Shown: positions 10,614 through 22,387, counted from the first letter of the stretch. The stretch is 64,000 nt of DNA from Thermoguttaceae bacterium (GCA_034005525.1 JAVEUP010000021.1:1557-65556), one strand, 5' to 3'. A program made the numbers and translations. Notes: generated by a model not told the origin, from the letters alone.

Positions 10614-11363
10614 TCATTCCGCCGCCGCCTTTCCCTCCGCCCACTCGACGAACTCGCGCACCACCGCCGTCTCGCCAATTTCGACGCGCCGCTTGGCGAA
10701 CCGCATCAGGTCCGCGGGCTTCAGGAACGGAAAGGCGATGCTGCGCTCGATCGGCTCGTACTCTTTCTTCCTGGCTTTCAGGCGGTAGAAATGCACCCTG
10801 CCGCGCCGGTCGACTCGCCACACTTCCGGGATACCAATCGACGCAAACACGGGCAGTCGTGGCAAGCACGTGCGGGTTATGTCGACCTCAATGGCCAAGT
10901 CGGGTGGCGGGTCCTTTCCAGGCTCGTAGGTGTCCTTGCCTCGCACTCGCGGTTCGTTCGCCAGATAATATGTCTGGTCCGGCTGGATGCCTCGTTCGCC
11001 TTTCGCAGCCCGGAGCGTGGTGGAACCGATGCTCTGAATTGGAAGGTCCATGGCCAAGGTCAGCGCCTCGATCATCCGGGCGATCAGCTTCGACACCCAA
11101 TCGTGATCCTTGTGGGGACTTATCATTTCCAAGGTCCCTTCGTCATAAGTGTGGCGCAGGTTGAAGTCGGCGGTAGCGTCGAGGAACTGCAAGTAGCTTT
11201 CCCAGTCCAACCCATATACCACGCGGCGCATCTCAAGCGTGCCCTGGTCGTAGGTGTGCCGCAGGTGGCACTCGCCCAGGGCGTCGTCGATGCCCAAATA
11301 CACCTCCCACGGAACGCCGTACAGGACGATGTACTCGTCGGCCGGTGTCTTCGTGGCGGTCAT
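10614..11363 (-). CDS. Uma2 (DUF820) family putative restriction-endonuclease-like protein
   Basis: Core motifs ...ISPHKDHDW... and PPPDLAIEVDI...IPEVWRVD are typical of Uma2 proteins. The N-terminal segment is internally duplicated (see findings). Confidence 0.8.
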   Translation of the reverse strand: MTATKTPADEYIVLYGVPWEVYLGIDDALGECHLRHTYDQGTLEMRRVVYGLDWESYLQFLDATADFNLRHTYDEGTLEMISPHKDHDWVSKLIARMIEALTLAMDLPIQSIGSTTLRAAKGERGIQPDQTYYLANEPRVRGKDTYEPGKDPPPDLAIEVDITRTCLPRLPVFASIGIPEVWRVDRRGRVHFYRLKARKKEYEPIERSIAFPFLKPADLMRFAKRRVEIGETAVVREFVEWAEGKAAAE

Positions 11364-11488
11364 GGCATTCCTCGTCGCTGCAAAGGGGACAGTCCCATTT
11401 TCGCGGCCGTAACGATCGGTCGATTGGGCAAACTCACCTCTGTGCCGCGAAAATTGGGACAGTCCCCGGCGTTGGGTCAGCCGCTATC

Positions 11489-12736
11489 TCACTTCCGGTG
11501 GTCGCCGATGTTCGGCATGTTCTCATGCACGGCGGGGCCGAAGTAGCGCAGGCCGACCAGTGGCTCGCCACCGGTGTTTTCCACTTCGACGCCGCGGGTG
11601 GCCGCTTCGTGCGAGATGAACACCTCGTCCCACGGCTCCTCGCCAAACCGGATCATCACCGGCGTTTGTAGCTGCACCGGGCCGATCCGCCCGGCGCCCT
11701 GTACGGTAATCCAGCCGCTCGCGCCGGGGTCTTTCAGTACGCACTTCGCACCGGGCTCGAGGGTCAACTCCTTGGCCGAAACGAGTTGCTCGCCGTCGAA
11801 CCGGCCGTAGTCGATCCAGCGGTCGGTATAGCCGTCGCCGGAGCAGGCCGGGTCGACGATCGGCTCGACGTAGTTGTGTTCCTTGAAGCACGGATCGACG
11901 TTCTTCTCCCAGTCGAGTTGGCCCACGATGAAGTCGAGGTCCTGGTGCTTCTCCGGCGGCACGTCTTTGACCAGCAGATCCCAGGGCACTTCGCGCCCCT
12001 CGACCAGCGACTGGAACATGCCGAACACGTCGGAACCCCACTGCGGCTCGTAGGTGCACATCGAGCCGGGCGCGTGCAGCACGCCGGCAGGGATGAGCCA
12101 ACCGGTGCCGGGCTTCAGCCGGTACGCCCGCGAAAGGTCGAGGATGCCGTTATCGCCCTTGTTCCAGTCTTCGAGGCAGCGGATCACGTCGGCCTTGGTC
12201 GTGCCCGGCTCAAGTCCCATGAACGTGTAGTCGAAATGGTTCTCGGCGGCGTTCAGTTGCGGCGGAAAGTAGTAGCACTCGGGCTTGCCTTGCTGATTGG
12301 TCAGTTTGGCGTGCTCGGCATCCTGGTGCATGTGGTGCGGGATGGGCCCCATGTTATCGAAGAACTTCGAGTACACGGGCCAGCGTTGGTACCCGTCCCA
12401 CATCTTCTGACCGATGATTCGCGGGCCGGCCTCGGCCACGGCGTCGCGGAGGAGGAATCGCTGCCCCTCGAACAGGCAGTAGCTAAGCCCCTCGTCCCAG
12501 GCTCGGTTGTCGTTCATCGCCTCCGTCGTGCTGGCGAACCACCGCTCGTCGATTCCGCCTCGGTTCACTCCCAGGGCATACCAGTCGGTCGGCGCCAGCT
12601 TGATCCGCTTTCCCGGGTGAAGGAAGCTGCGGGGCACCCAGGTAGGGGTCAGCCGGAGGATACCCTGCCCGGCGTCCAGGGCCTGCTGAAGTATTTGGCC
12701 TACGTTGTCCTTTTGCACCACAGGAGAAGCGCACAT
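11489..12736 (-). CDS. Cupin, class I phosphomannose-isomerase-like protein
   Basis: Start placed at the internal ATG at 12736 (MCASPVVQKD...). The blocks SKFFDNMGPIPHHMHQ and VLHAPGSMCTYEPQWGSDV resemble PMI metal and active-site blocks. The family assignment is tentative. Confidence 0.55.
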   Translation of the reverse strand: MCASPVVQKDNVGQILQQALDAGQGILRLTPTWVPRSFLHPGKRIKLAPTDWYALGVNRGGIDERWFASTTEAMNDNRAWDEGLSYCLFEGQRFLLRDAVAEAGPRIIGQKMWDGYQRWPVYSKFFDNMGPIPHHMHQDAEHAKLTNQQGKPECYYFPPQLNAAENHFDYTFMGLEPGTTKADVIRCLEDWNKGDNGILDLSRAYRLKPGTGWLIPAGVLHAPGSMCTYEPQWGSDVFGMFQSLVEGREVPWDLLVKDVPPEKHQDLDFIVGQLDWEKNVDPCFKEHNYVEPIVDPACSGDGYTDRWIDYGRFDGEQLVSAKELTLEPGAKCVLKDPGASGWITVQGAGRIGPVQLQTPVMIRFGEEPWDEVFISHEAATRGVEVENTGGEPLVGLRYFGPAVHENMPNIGDHRK

Positions 12737-12995
12737 GGTTCTGTCTACCCTTCTGATCGAGGAATCTGTTTTGCCGGCGGCCTCGCAGACACTCGAGGCC
12801 GAATGCTCAAAGCATTGGTCCACGCGGAAAGCTCGTTTCTAGCGTTTTTCGCCCCGGTTGACAAGTAACCGCGGTGCGGTAACCCGGGTACAGCATCGGC
12901 CTTTCGCGGAGCCAGCCCGTTAATCTTGGTGCTCTGCCCCGCCCATCGGTCTCCGCGACAAGGCTTTGCCGTTCTTTTAAGGCAAGCCGCCTGGG

Positions 12996-13233
12996 CTGGA
13001 GTCCCGCCTTCAGGCGGTCTCTTTTCACCGGCTAACTCGTATTATCCACGATACGTAGGGTGGGTCAAACAAGCCGCTTCTGTGGTGGGTCAACGGTCGC
13101 TGCTTCCGGTGTGCTTCTAGGTCGCGGGCTGTGAATTACGTTGGCTGCGGCTTGTGCAGACCCACCAATGACCCACGCGACCTTGACCCACCCTACGTAT
13201 ATGAATAATCCAGGCTGAAGCCGGCACTCCAAC
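12996..13233. repeat. Composite palindromic (MITE-like) element: outer TGGAGT...CTTCAG arms and inner perfect 17-bp inverted repeat TACGTAGGGTGGGTCAA
   Basis: CTGGAGTCCCGCCTTCAGGCGG (12996-13017) faces GGCTGAAGCCGGCACTCCAAC (13213-13233). TACGTAGGGTGGGTCAA (13052-13068) faces TTGACCCACCCTACGTA (13183-13199). There are extra GGTGGGTCA / TGACCCAC copies inside. Confidence 0.75.
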
Positions 13234-13385
13234 GCGTTCAACCAGCAGAATGGCAAACTTGGATACTCCAGAGAGCTTGGGTGGCATGGATAAAGTCACC
13301 TACTTGCCCCCTGGCGATCCTCCCAGCACTTGCGTACACTTGGGGCAGGGAATTCAACTTGCCTCTGAGAACAAGGAGACGCCTA

Positions 13386-14552
13386 ATGCCCCGCAAAACG
13401 TGGACGCTCGCCGACCAGCAGCAAGATATCTACGTCGATCAGATCGCCATTGAGCCGGAGAACGTTGGCGGGCAGGCCAGCGGCTACTCGGTTACGAAAC
13501 GGGTACTCAGCGCGGGTGTGCGGCGCGGGGTCGAGGTGGTCGAGGTCAACAACGGCCGCCTCCGTTTCACCGTGGTACCCACCCGCGGTATGGGCATTTG
13601 GCGCGCGTCGCTCGGCCAACTGCAACTCGGGTGGAACTCGCCGGTCAAAGGCCCGGTACACCCGAGCATGGTCCGCCTGAACGACCCGAGCGGGATCGGG
13701 TGGTTGGACGGGTTCGACGAACTCTTGGTGCGTTGCGGCCTCGAGAGCAACGGTGCGCCGGAGTTCAACGACCAGGGGGCTCTCGTCTATGGGTTGCACG
13801 GCAAGATCGCCAACATTCCCGCCCATCAGCTGGAAGTGAGCATCGACGGCGACGAGGGCGAGATTTCCGTTCGCGGCGTGGTCGATGAGGCGCGATTGTT
13901 CGGCAACAACCTCCGGCTCGAGTCCACCATCACCACTCGCGTCGGCGAGGCAAGTTTCACCGTGACCGACGTGGTGAGCAACATCTCGGCGGAAGAGAAC
14001 GACCTGGAGCTGCTCTACCACGTAAACTTCGGGGTGCCGCTGCTGGAGCCGGGCGCGAAGGCCGTCGTGCCGGTGCGGAAACTCGCTCCGCGCGACGTGG
14101 TGGCCAAGGGAAATCTTCCGCAGTGGGACACGTACGGGCCTCCGACCCCGGGGCTGGCCGAGGCGTGCTTCTTCTTCGAGTTGTGCGCCGACGCCGATGG
14201 AAATACCGAGGCTGTGCTGCACAACGAGGCCGGCAGCCAAGGCGTGGCGATGCGGCACAATACGCAACAGTTGCCCTACTTCATCCTGTGGAAGAACATG
14301 CAGGCCCAACAGGACGGATACGTGACCGGGTTGGAGCCGGCAATCAATTTCCCGAACAGGAAATCGTTTGAGAAGCAGCACGGCCGGGTGGCGGAGTTGA
14401 AGCCGGGCGAACAGCGCACCTTCCAGTTGACTCTCGAAGCGCTGCCCGATGAAGCCGCCGTCGCCGCCGCCACCGCACGCGTGGCCCAGTTACAGAACGG
14501 CACAACGCCGCAGATACTCGACCGGCCCGATCCGCAGTGGAGTGCCGGGTAG
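13386..14552 (+). CDS. Aldose-1-epimerase-like (DUF4432 family) protein
   Basis: Start at ATG 13386 with AAGGAGA upstream. The pattern GMGIWRA...GWNSPVKGPVHP...GLHGKIANIPA is typical of DUF4432 / galactose-mutarotase-like proteins. Confidence 0.7.
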   Translation: MPRKTWTLADQQQDIYVDQIAIEPENVGGQASGYSVTKRVLSAGVRRGVEVVEVNNGRLRFTVVPTRGMGIWRASLGQLQLGWNSPVKGPVHPSMVRLNDPSGIGWLDGFDELLVRCGLESNGAPEFNDQGALVYGLHGKIANIPAHQLEVSIDGDEGEISVRGVVDEARLFGNNLRLESTITTRVGEASFTVTDVVSNISAEENDLELLYHVNFGVPLLEPGAKAVVPVRKLAPRDVVAKGNLPQWDTYGPPTPGLAEACFFFELCADADGNTEAVLHNEAGSQGVAMRHNTQQLPYFILWKNMQAQQDGYVTGLEPAINFPNRKSFEKQHGRVAELKPGEQRTFQLTLEALPDEAAVAAATARVAQLQNGTTPQILDRPDPQWSAG

Positions 14553-14556
14553 GCTA

Positions 14557-15312
14557 ATGGAAACTGACTGCCGCGACGACCAGCCCGCGCGGTATCTCGA
14601 CCGCGTCGATCCGCGGGCTCGGGTGTTGCTTGCGGTCTTTCTGGCGCTGATCCTGGCCGCGGCGGGTCGATTCAGCACGCTGGGCGTGGGCGTGGTCGCG
14701 GCGCTGCTGTGCGTGGTGCTGTCGGGAAATCCGTGGCCGGTCGTGCTGCGGCGCGTCGCCGTTTTGAACGCGGTTCTGCTGCTGGTTGCCGCGCTGCTGC
14801 CGCTGACGACGGAGGGAACGGCGGTGGTTCACCTGGGCTCCTGGCCGTACACGCGTGAAGGGCTGCTCACCGCCGTGGCCGTGATACTGAAGGGCAACGG
14901 CATTGTGCTGGCTTTCCTCGGGCTGGTGGGCACCCTGCCCACGGCGACGCTCGGGCACGTACTCAGCCACTTCCACGTTCCGGCCAAGCTGGTGCATCTG
15001 ACCGTCTTCACCGTGCGGTATCTCGACGTGTTCCATCGCGAGTACGCGCGGTTGCGGGCGGCCATGCGGGTGCGCGGGTTCCGGCCCGGCGTGAACCGGC
15101 ATACCTACCGGAGCTTCGGTTACCTGGCCGGCATGTTGCTGGTGCGGAGCCTAGATCGGTCGGAACGCATCGTGGCGGCCATGAAGTGTCGCGGGTTCCG
15201 CGGGCGTTTCTACCTGCTCGATCATTTCGCGTTCTCGCCGGCGCGCGACGTACCGTTTGGCATTGCCGCCACGCTGGCGGTCCTTGCACTCGTCTGGCTG
15301 GAGTGGGCATGA
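14557..15312 (+). CDS. Energy-coupling-factor transporter transmembrane (T) component, CbiQ/EcfT family
   Basis: Start at ATG 14557, 4 nt after the upstream stop codon. Polytopic hydrophobic protein with the conserved Arg-rich loop (ARLRAAMRVRGF). Its stop overlaps the start of the ATPase gene (ATGA). Confidence 0.8.
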   Translation: METDCRDDQPARYLDRVDPRARVLLAVFLALILAAAGRFSTLGVGVVAALLCVVLSGNPWPVVLRRVAVLNAVLLLVAALLPLTTEGTAVVHLGSWPYTREGLLTAVAVILKGNGIVLAFLGLVGTLPTATLGHVLSHFHVPAKLVHLTVFTVRYLDVFHREYARLRAAMRVRGFRPGVNRHTYRSFGYLAGMLLVRSLDRSERIVAAMKCRGFRGRFYLLDHFAFSPARDVPFGIAATLAVLALVWLEWA

Positions 15313-15965
15313 CCGAACCGCTTCTTGAGCTTCGCGACGTGAGTTTCTCCTACGGGCCGGATCGGCCGGTATTGCGCGAGTGCAGTTTGAAAATCTGTGA
15401 GAGCGAGCGCCTCGGCCTGGTCGGCGCCAACGGAAGCGGGAAGACCACGCTGCTGCACCTGGCCGTGGGGCTGCTGCGCCCAGCGTCGGGCGAGGTTGTC
15501 GCGTTCGGCAAGCCACGGTGCCGCGAGGCCGACTTCCACGAGGTCCGCCGCCGTGCCGGGCTGCTGTTCCAAGACACCGACGATCAGCTCTTCTGCCCCA
15601 CCGTGGCCGAGGACGTGGCCTTCGGACCGTTGAATCTCGGCCGGTCGCGCCATGAAGCGCGGCAGATCGTGGCTGAAACACTCGATCGTGTGGGTCTGCC
15701 CGGGTTCGAGCGGCGCATCACCTACCGCCTTTCCGGCGGCGAACGGCGGCTGGTGGCCCTGGCTTCCGTGCTGGCCATGCAACCTGACGTACTGCTGCTC
15801 GACGAACCCACCGCCGGGCTCGACGAAGCTGCGACCGTCCGGCTCATCGGCGTGTTAAGAAGCCTCAAACAAGCCATGCTCGTCGTGTCGCACGACCGCG
15901 CGTTTCGAGAACAGGTCACGGAACGGAGCCTGTTCTTGCGCGAGGGAGGCGTTGAGGGCGTCTAG
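15309..15965 (+). CDS. ABC/ECF transporter ATP-binding protein (CbiO/EcfA family)
   Basis: Walker A GANGSGKTT, signature LSGGERRLVAL, Walker B LLLDEPTAGLD. The start at 15309 is translationally coupled to the T component. Confidence 0.9.
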   Translation: MTEPLLELRDVSFSYGPDRPVLRECSLKICESERLGLVGANGSGKTTLLHLAVGLLRPASGEVVAFGKPRCREADFHEVRRRAGLLFQDTDDQLFCPTVAEDVAFGPLNLGRSRHEARQIVAETLDRVGLPGFERRITYRLSGGERRLVALASVLAMQPDVLLLDEPTAGLDEAATVRLIGVLRSLKQAMLVVSHDRAFREQVTERSLFLREGGVEGV

Positions 15966-16363
15966 CCCGGTACAAGCAGTCTACGAAACCCCTCCTGCTC
16001 GAAATGCTGATCCGTCGTCAGGGCGTCCGCGATTCCACTTCGGCGCATCAGAACGAAACTCACGGCATCGCAAAGTGAGTAAGCCTTGTCTCGTCGCCTA
16101 TGCAGCAATAGCATTGCCTCTCGATGCAGCGGTTCGCTCACCCAAAACACTTCAATATCGGGGCTGTCAAGCAGATCAGTCACGAATCCCAACGATGGTA
16201 TGCGCGGCAAGCGACGCGCGCTGGCCAACGCGACGAATTCCGCTAGGACATAATTGTGTATCACTCGCCGGTTTGCGGCAAGATAGGTAGAGCGAGCCAG
16301 TTCATGCATAGATTCCGACCTGTGGTGCAAGCACAACAACCCTGACGTGTCGATGAGCATCAT
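15962..16363 (-). CDS. vapC: Type II toxin VapC (PIN domain ribonuclease)
   Basis: 133 aa with the N-terminal MLIDTSGLL acidic PIN start. ATGA overlap with the upstream small antitoxin ORF. Confidence 0.85.
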   Translation of the reverse strand: MMLIDTSGLLCLHHRSESMHELARSTYLAANRRVIHNYVLAEFVALASARRLPRIPSLGFVTDLLDSPDIEVFWVSEPLHREAMLLLHRRRDKAYSLCDAVSFVLMRRSGIADALTTDQHFEQEGFRRLLVPG

Positions 16364-16644
16364 CTGGCCTCATGTCTATCGGCATACTCGCGGGCCAGAT
16401 CGGCATCGATACTTTCATTATCCACCCCGCATGGCTGTCCCAAGTCAATCTCTCCAAAACGTCGTTCAAAGCGCTTTCGTGCTTCGTGCACTTCTACTTG
16501 CGAACGTGTCGGCGCCGCGATGCCACATTGCTGCTCAAGCGATGCTGCGGCAAGCTCTTCCGGCGAGGTTCCCCTGGCCAGCGCTTGCTGCTGCAACCGG
16601 CAGAAGACCTCGTCATTCAATTGAATGGTCAATGAATGACTCAT
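16360..16644 (-). CDS. Antitoxin partner of VapC (family not recognised)
   Basis: 94 aa from the internal ATG at 16644 (MSHSLTIQLNDEVF...). 4-bp overlap with vapC, the classic antitoxin-first arrangement. Confidence 0.7.
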   Translation of the reverse strand: MSHSLTIQLNDEVFCRLQQQALARGTSPEELAAASLEQQCGIAAPTRSQVEVHEARKRFERRFGEIDLGQPCGVDNESIDADLAREYADRHEAR

Positions 16645-16963
16645 GCGTCTATTGCTCCTCTGTGTCGAGTCCTCCAGCCTAAAACCTCTCGTTCGCGGAG
16701 AAGTCGGCTGAATGTTCAAACCATCAGCCTCCGAGCCACCTCACGTACAAACATTAGTATAGGCGTGGGGCAGGCAAATACGCAAGTGGAGGCCAAAGGG
16801 AATGCAGATGAGCAACACGCTCGGAGAAACACACGGAGTGCTCAAAACCACTCCATTCGCAGTTCACCTTGCCTCCTCCCACGCAGACCGTGGCGCCCGC
16901 GTAAATTTGCGCAGGCCACATTCCCGTTGCATAAACAGTTCATGCTACCCAGTCGCCGTTTGC

Positions 16964-18172
16964 CTACCGCACCGTGATCGGCTGCACGTGGCTGGCCATG
17001 ATGTGGCGGGCGCGCTGCTCGGGAATGTAACCGGCGGTTCCGTTCACGCCCACGCGCTGGCCCACGTAGTAGCGCAGGTTCAGACCCGGAGTGGGCGTTA
17101 CGTAGACGCTCGGCTGCCCCTGCTCGTCCAACAGCACGAACTGCGGGGCGCCGGGCTTGGCAGAAGTGACACGGACAAGCTGGCCGGCGCCGTCGAATCG
17201 CGGATCGACCGCAGTACCGGCTGCCGCACCCTGCTGCATGGGGCTGAGTTGTGCCCAACGTTGGCTCGCCCGATCGGTTTGCTCGCGCAATGCCGCCACC
17301 TCCTGGTGGCGCTGCTTCAGATCGGCAAACTGTGAGATCTTGTCAACCAGCATGCGGGCACGCCCGCGCTCGACTGCGGTCTGCGCCTCGCGCAGGAGTT
17401 GCTCGGCGCGAAGCTGCAAACGATCGAAGTGCCAAACGGTGGGTTCCTCGGCGACCATCGCGCCGAGTTCGATATCGATCTGCTGAAGCTCATCGCGGAA
17501 TTCTTCCGGGCCAAGGGTCCGTGGTGAGTCAGGCGTGTACCGCGTCGCGACACGCGGAGGGGCGGCGGGGGCTTCTGGAGCAGCAGCGTCCTGCTCCGGG
17601 ACGGAATCGGCCGGTGCGTCGCTGTCCGGCGCGGCGGTCAGCGGGCTGGTGTCAGCTCCGCCGGCCTGACGCACGCCCACCGGCACCGGCTTCCGATCGA
17701 CATATCGGCCCGAGACCCAGCGGAACTCGCCCGACGGCGGTGCAATCTTGTACCATCGCCTCGCGCCCGACTCGTCCAGTTCCGCGCCGAGAACCTCGAC
17801 CACCTCGGCCTTGTGCAACCGTACCTGAATGATGTCCTTGATGTCGCTGAATCGGCTTCCCACCCGGGCTGCCACGTTCTCGCCGTTGACAACCGCCAGG
17901 TTGTCGTCACCCGCGCTCAGATAGCGAGTAGAAACCCAGGAGAAGCTTCCTTCCGGCGGTCGAATGGCGTACCAACCGCCGGGATCATGGCGGAAGACCT
18001 CGACCTCAGCGCCTGCGGACAGCTTCTCCGTCGGATAGTAATTCTGCCCCGGCCCACTCCGCACATACACGTCGTCGGCCGTAACATAGGCCACATACGG
18101 AAACTGCGGCTCTTCAGCAAACAAGAGAGTTGTATGAACCGAAGCAGCCAGCATGACGAGTAGGACCCGCAT
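16964..18172 (-). CDS. Secreted bacterial SH3-domain protein
   Basis: Start at the internal ATG at 18172 gives the signal peptide MRVLLVMLAASVHTTLLFA. Two SH3b-like repeats (DDVYVRSGPGQNYYPTEKLSAGAEVEV and a second copy), then an Ala/Pro-rich linker and a coiled-coil-like tail. Confidence 0.7.
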   Translation of the reverse strand: MRVLLVMLAASVHTTLLFAEEPQFPYVAYVTADDVYVRSGPGQNYYPTEKLSAGAEVEVFRHDPGGWYAIRPPEGSFSWVSTRYLSAGDDNLAVVNGENVAARVGSRFSDIKDIIQVRLHKAEVVEVLGAELDESGARRWYKIAPPSGEFRWVSGRYVDRKPVPVGVRQAGGADTSPLTAAPDSDAPADSVPEQDAAAPEAPAAPPRVATRYTPDSPRTLGPEEFRDELQQIDIELGAMVAEEPTVWHFDRLQLRAEQLLREAQTAVERGRARMLVDKISQFADLKQRHQEVAALREQTDRASQRWAQLSPMQQGAAAGTAVDPRFDGAGQLVRVTSAKPGAPQFVLLDEQGQPSVYVTPTPGLNLRYYVGQRVGVNGTAGYIPEQRARHIMASHVQPITVR

Positions 18173-18591
18173 GAGAACCTCCGAGGCAAGCGGCGCAAAA
18201 TGCGCTAATCGACGAGACGTAAGGAAAGACAAGCCCTCGCCTTGTAGTCAAACTCAGCCGGGCAATCAAGGGCAGTTTTCTTGCCAAAACATTTCTGAGG
18301 GGGGTAGGGTGGGTGGTTCCGACCATTCGGACGCCCGTTGTTCACCCACGCGGCGGGCCAACGCGCTTGCCAGCATTCCCATTGACGAGGATTCGGCCGG
18401 GGCGGCGCAGGAAGCATGAGCGCTCCTCCGCAACTCGGCAGTTGGTAGCTGGCCAGTCACGAATCCTCCGGGACGAGCCCGGAGGTGAGCAAGGCGTGTA
18501 AACCGCAACTTCCATGTGGTCGAGCGAAGGCATCTCTGCCGCGTAGACCGATTACAGGCAATATCCGGAGCCGCTCACTCCACGATCTTAC

Positions 18592-20268
<1,677 letters not shown>

Positions 20269-20951
20269 ATGGGTCCAATCCTTTCAGCGAGCCGGGAGGC
20301 GTAATGAAGCCGCCTTCGCCTCGCTCGTCCATCGACATCTCCTATTTGTCCGGAGCACCACAGGTGTCCGAGGATCAAGCTCACACCGGTGAGTATAATC
20401 GAACCGCCGATCTTTTGCAACAGCCAAACTTGTCAAAAATAACGCGAAGTCGTACTTCAGCGGCCATCAACGAAATCTACCCCTCCAATAGGTGCCAACT
20501 CCGGAACGTTCCTTGTGTCCAGAGGGTTGCCGCAAGGGGCAATCTCTTGTACGCATTCGCGTTGGTGATGGGTCTTATTGGAATTTCGCTAATCGATGCC
20601 AAACCTATTCCCTTCCCCTGGGGGAAATTGGACATTTTGTACATGAGAACGAGACCGTAACCCATTGGAGACAAACGACTTTCTTTTTTGATGCACAGCC
20701 CTGACAAAAGTTACAGCTAGCCAGTCGTCACTGCAAGGGGGGCGACACAGAATGGCAAAACCGAGCTGGCATTTTGGTGTTCAACCATGTGGCCACTGCG
20801 ATTCGGAAGGCCTCTTTGCACCGAAGAAGCAGGTGAGACACGCTCGTTGTCGAAAAAATCCCTACAATTGGCACAGTCCGGTCAATTCCTGCCCTCTGCG
20901 AATCCGATGTAACCGTTCACGGGGAATGATCCCGATGCTCCGAGGACGCTC

Positions 20952-22322
20952 ATGAAATTCGCACGATTTTTCCTTCTGGCGACCCTTTGCCTCCGTGTGT
21001 GCTTCGCCTGCGCGGAAGAAACCTATCGCTTCCCGAATGGACGCAGCACCGGTAATGTTGACTTCGTCACTGTTCAATTCAAAGTAGGTGGCGACATCGT
21101 TGAAATGCTCGAGGGCAAGGTGAATCGAGTTAAGATGGGTGCTATGGCAGATATGGAGTACATGGAGAAAACCCTAGAGGCGAGCGAAGGGGCGAATGCC
21201 CCCGCGCGCACGATTCGCGAGTATCGGCGGGCGGAGGCAACCATTCGCGTGGGAGAGGACGCACTCCGGCCAACGCTTCGGCCCGAGGTGTCGCTCGTCG
21301 TGGCAGCCATCGATGACCAGCGATCGCTCTTGTTTTCTCCCGAAACCGCACTGTCGCGCGATGAGCTGGAACTGATCGACATCCTTGGCAACAGCCTGCT
21401 GATCGATCGATTGCTACCCAGCAGTCCGCTGGCAGTCGGCCAAACCTGGAAGCCTTCTCGCACGCTGCTTGCCCAACTTCTCGGGCTCGACGCAGTCGGC
21501 CAGAGCGATGTCCAATGCGAGTTGATCGAGGTCACCGACTCGGTCGGCCGCTTTCAGATGACCGGCAGCCTTGCCGGGACGGTTCACGGAGTAGCTACCC
21601 AAATTCAACTGAAGAGCAAGTACCGGTACGATCGGCGGAGCCGGCGGATCGACTGGTTTGCCCTGTCGATGAAGGAGGTGCGGGCCGTTGCGCTCGTTGC
21701 ACAAGGTTTCGACGTGGTTGCCCAGGTCCAGGTCCGTATTGTCCCGAAGAGTTCGGTTCCTGACGCATTTGCCCCAGAGAGACTGGAGGGTCTGACACTG
21801 GAGCCGGGAAAGGCCGCGGAGGCGTTGATTTACGAGCCGCCGGGCTCGGATTGGCAGCTCGCGCACAATCGGCAATGGTTTGTCACCCGCGACGCTCCGG
21901 ACCTGGTTGAATTGCGTTTGGTGGGGCGAGGCGAGTTGGTCGCCCAGTGCAGCATATCACCGCTGCCCCGGGTCCCGGTGGAGAAGCTGCCCAGCCTTGA
22001 GCGTTTCCAAGAGGATGTGCGGCGAGCGCTTGGCGACCGGTTCGAGCGGTTCGTGTCGGCCGGTCAATGGGCCAACGATGCTGAGTGCCGGGTATACCGC
22101 GTGGTGGTGTCGGGAACGGCACAAGCCGAACTGAAGCAGACGGCGGCCAAGGTGCCCATCGAGTGGCGGTACTACCTGGTGGTCAACCAGGAAGGCCGGC
22201 GGATCGTATTGGCCGTGACTGCTGAGGCCGAGTTGGCCGAACGACTTGGCGACGCCGACCGTGAACTGGCCGACGCCATCCGATTCACGGCGTCCAGCTC
22301 TGCCGCAGAGAACGCCAAGTAG
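20952..22322 (+). CDS. Hypothetical secreted protein
   Basis: 456-aa ORF with the signal peptide MKFARFFLLATLCLRVCFACAEE. No family recognised. Confidence 0.65.
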   Translation: MKFARFFLLATLCLRVCFACAEETYRFPNGRSTGNVDFVTVQFKVGGDIVEMLEGKVNRVKMGAMADMEYMEKTLEASEGANAPARTIREYRRAEATIRVGEDALRPTLRPEVSLVVAAIDDQRSLLFSPETALSRDELELIDILGNSLLIDRLLPSSPLAVGQTWKPSRTLLAQLLGLDAVGQSDVQCELIEVTDSVGRFQMTGSLAGTVHGVATQIQLKSKYRYDRRSRRIDWFALSMKEVRAVALVAQGFDVVAQVQVRIVPKSSVPDAFAPERLEGLTLEPGKAAEALIYEPPGSDWQLAHNRQWFVTRDAPDLVELRLVGRGELVAQCSISPLPRVPVEKLPSLERFQEDVRRALGDRFERFVSAGQWANDAECRVYRVVVSGTAQAELKQTAAKVPIEWRYYLVVNQEGRRIVLAVTAEAELAERLGDADRELADAIRFTASSSAAENAK

Positions 22323-22387
22323 AGGCGGGGCAATCTCCGGGCTGGTGGCCATTACGGGGACGACCCGGTGCAGGAACGGCCCTGTAG

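Noticed and set aside
18466-18486. Hairpin CCTCCGGG-acgag-CCCGGAGG as the terminator of the sigma factor gene
   Set aside because: It lies about 105 nt beyond the stop and has no U-tract on the relevant strand. The support is insufficient.
20752-20955. 67-aa ORF with an ATGA overlap onto the secreted-protein gene
   Set aside because: It is Cys/Arg-rich, has no RBS, and lies in an AT-richer non-coding stretch. The overlap is probably coincidental.
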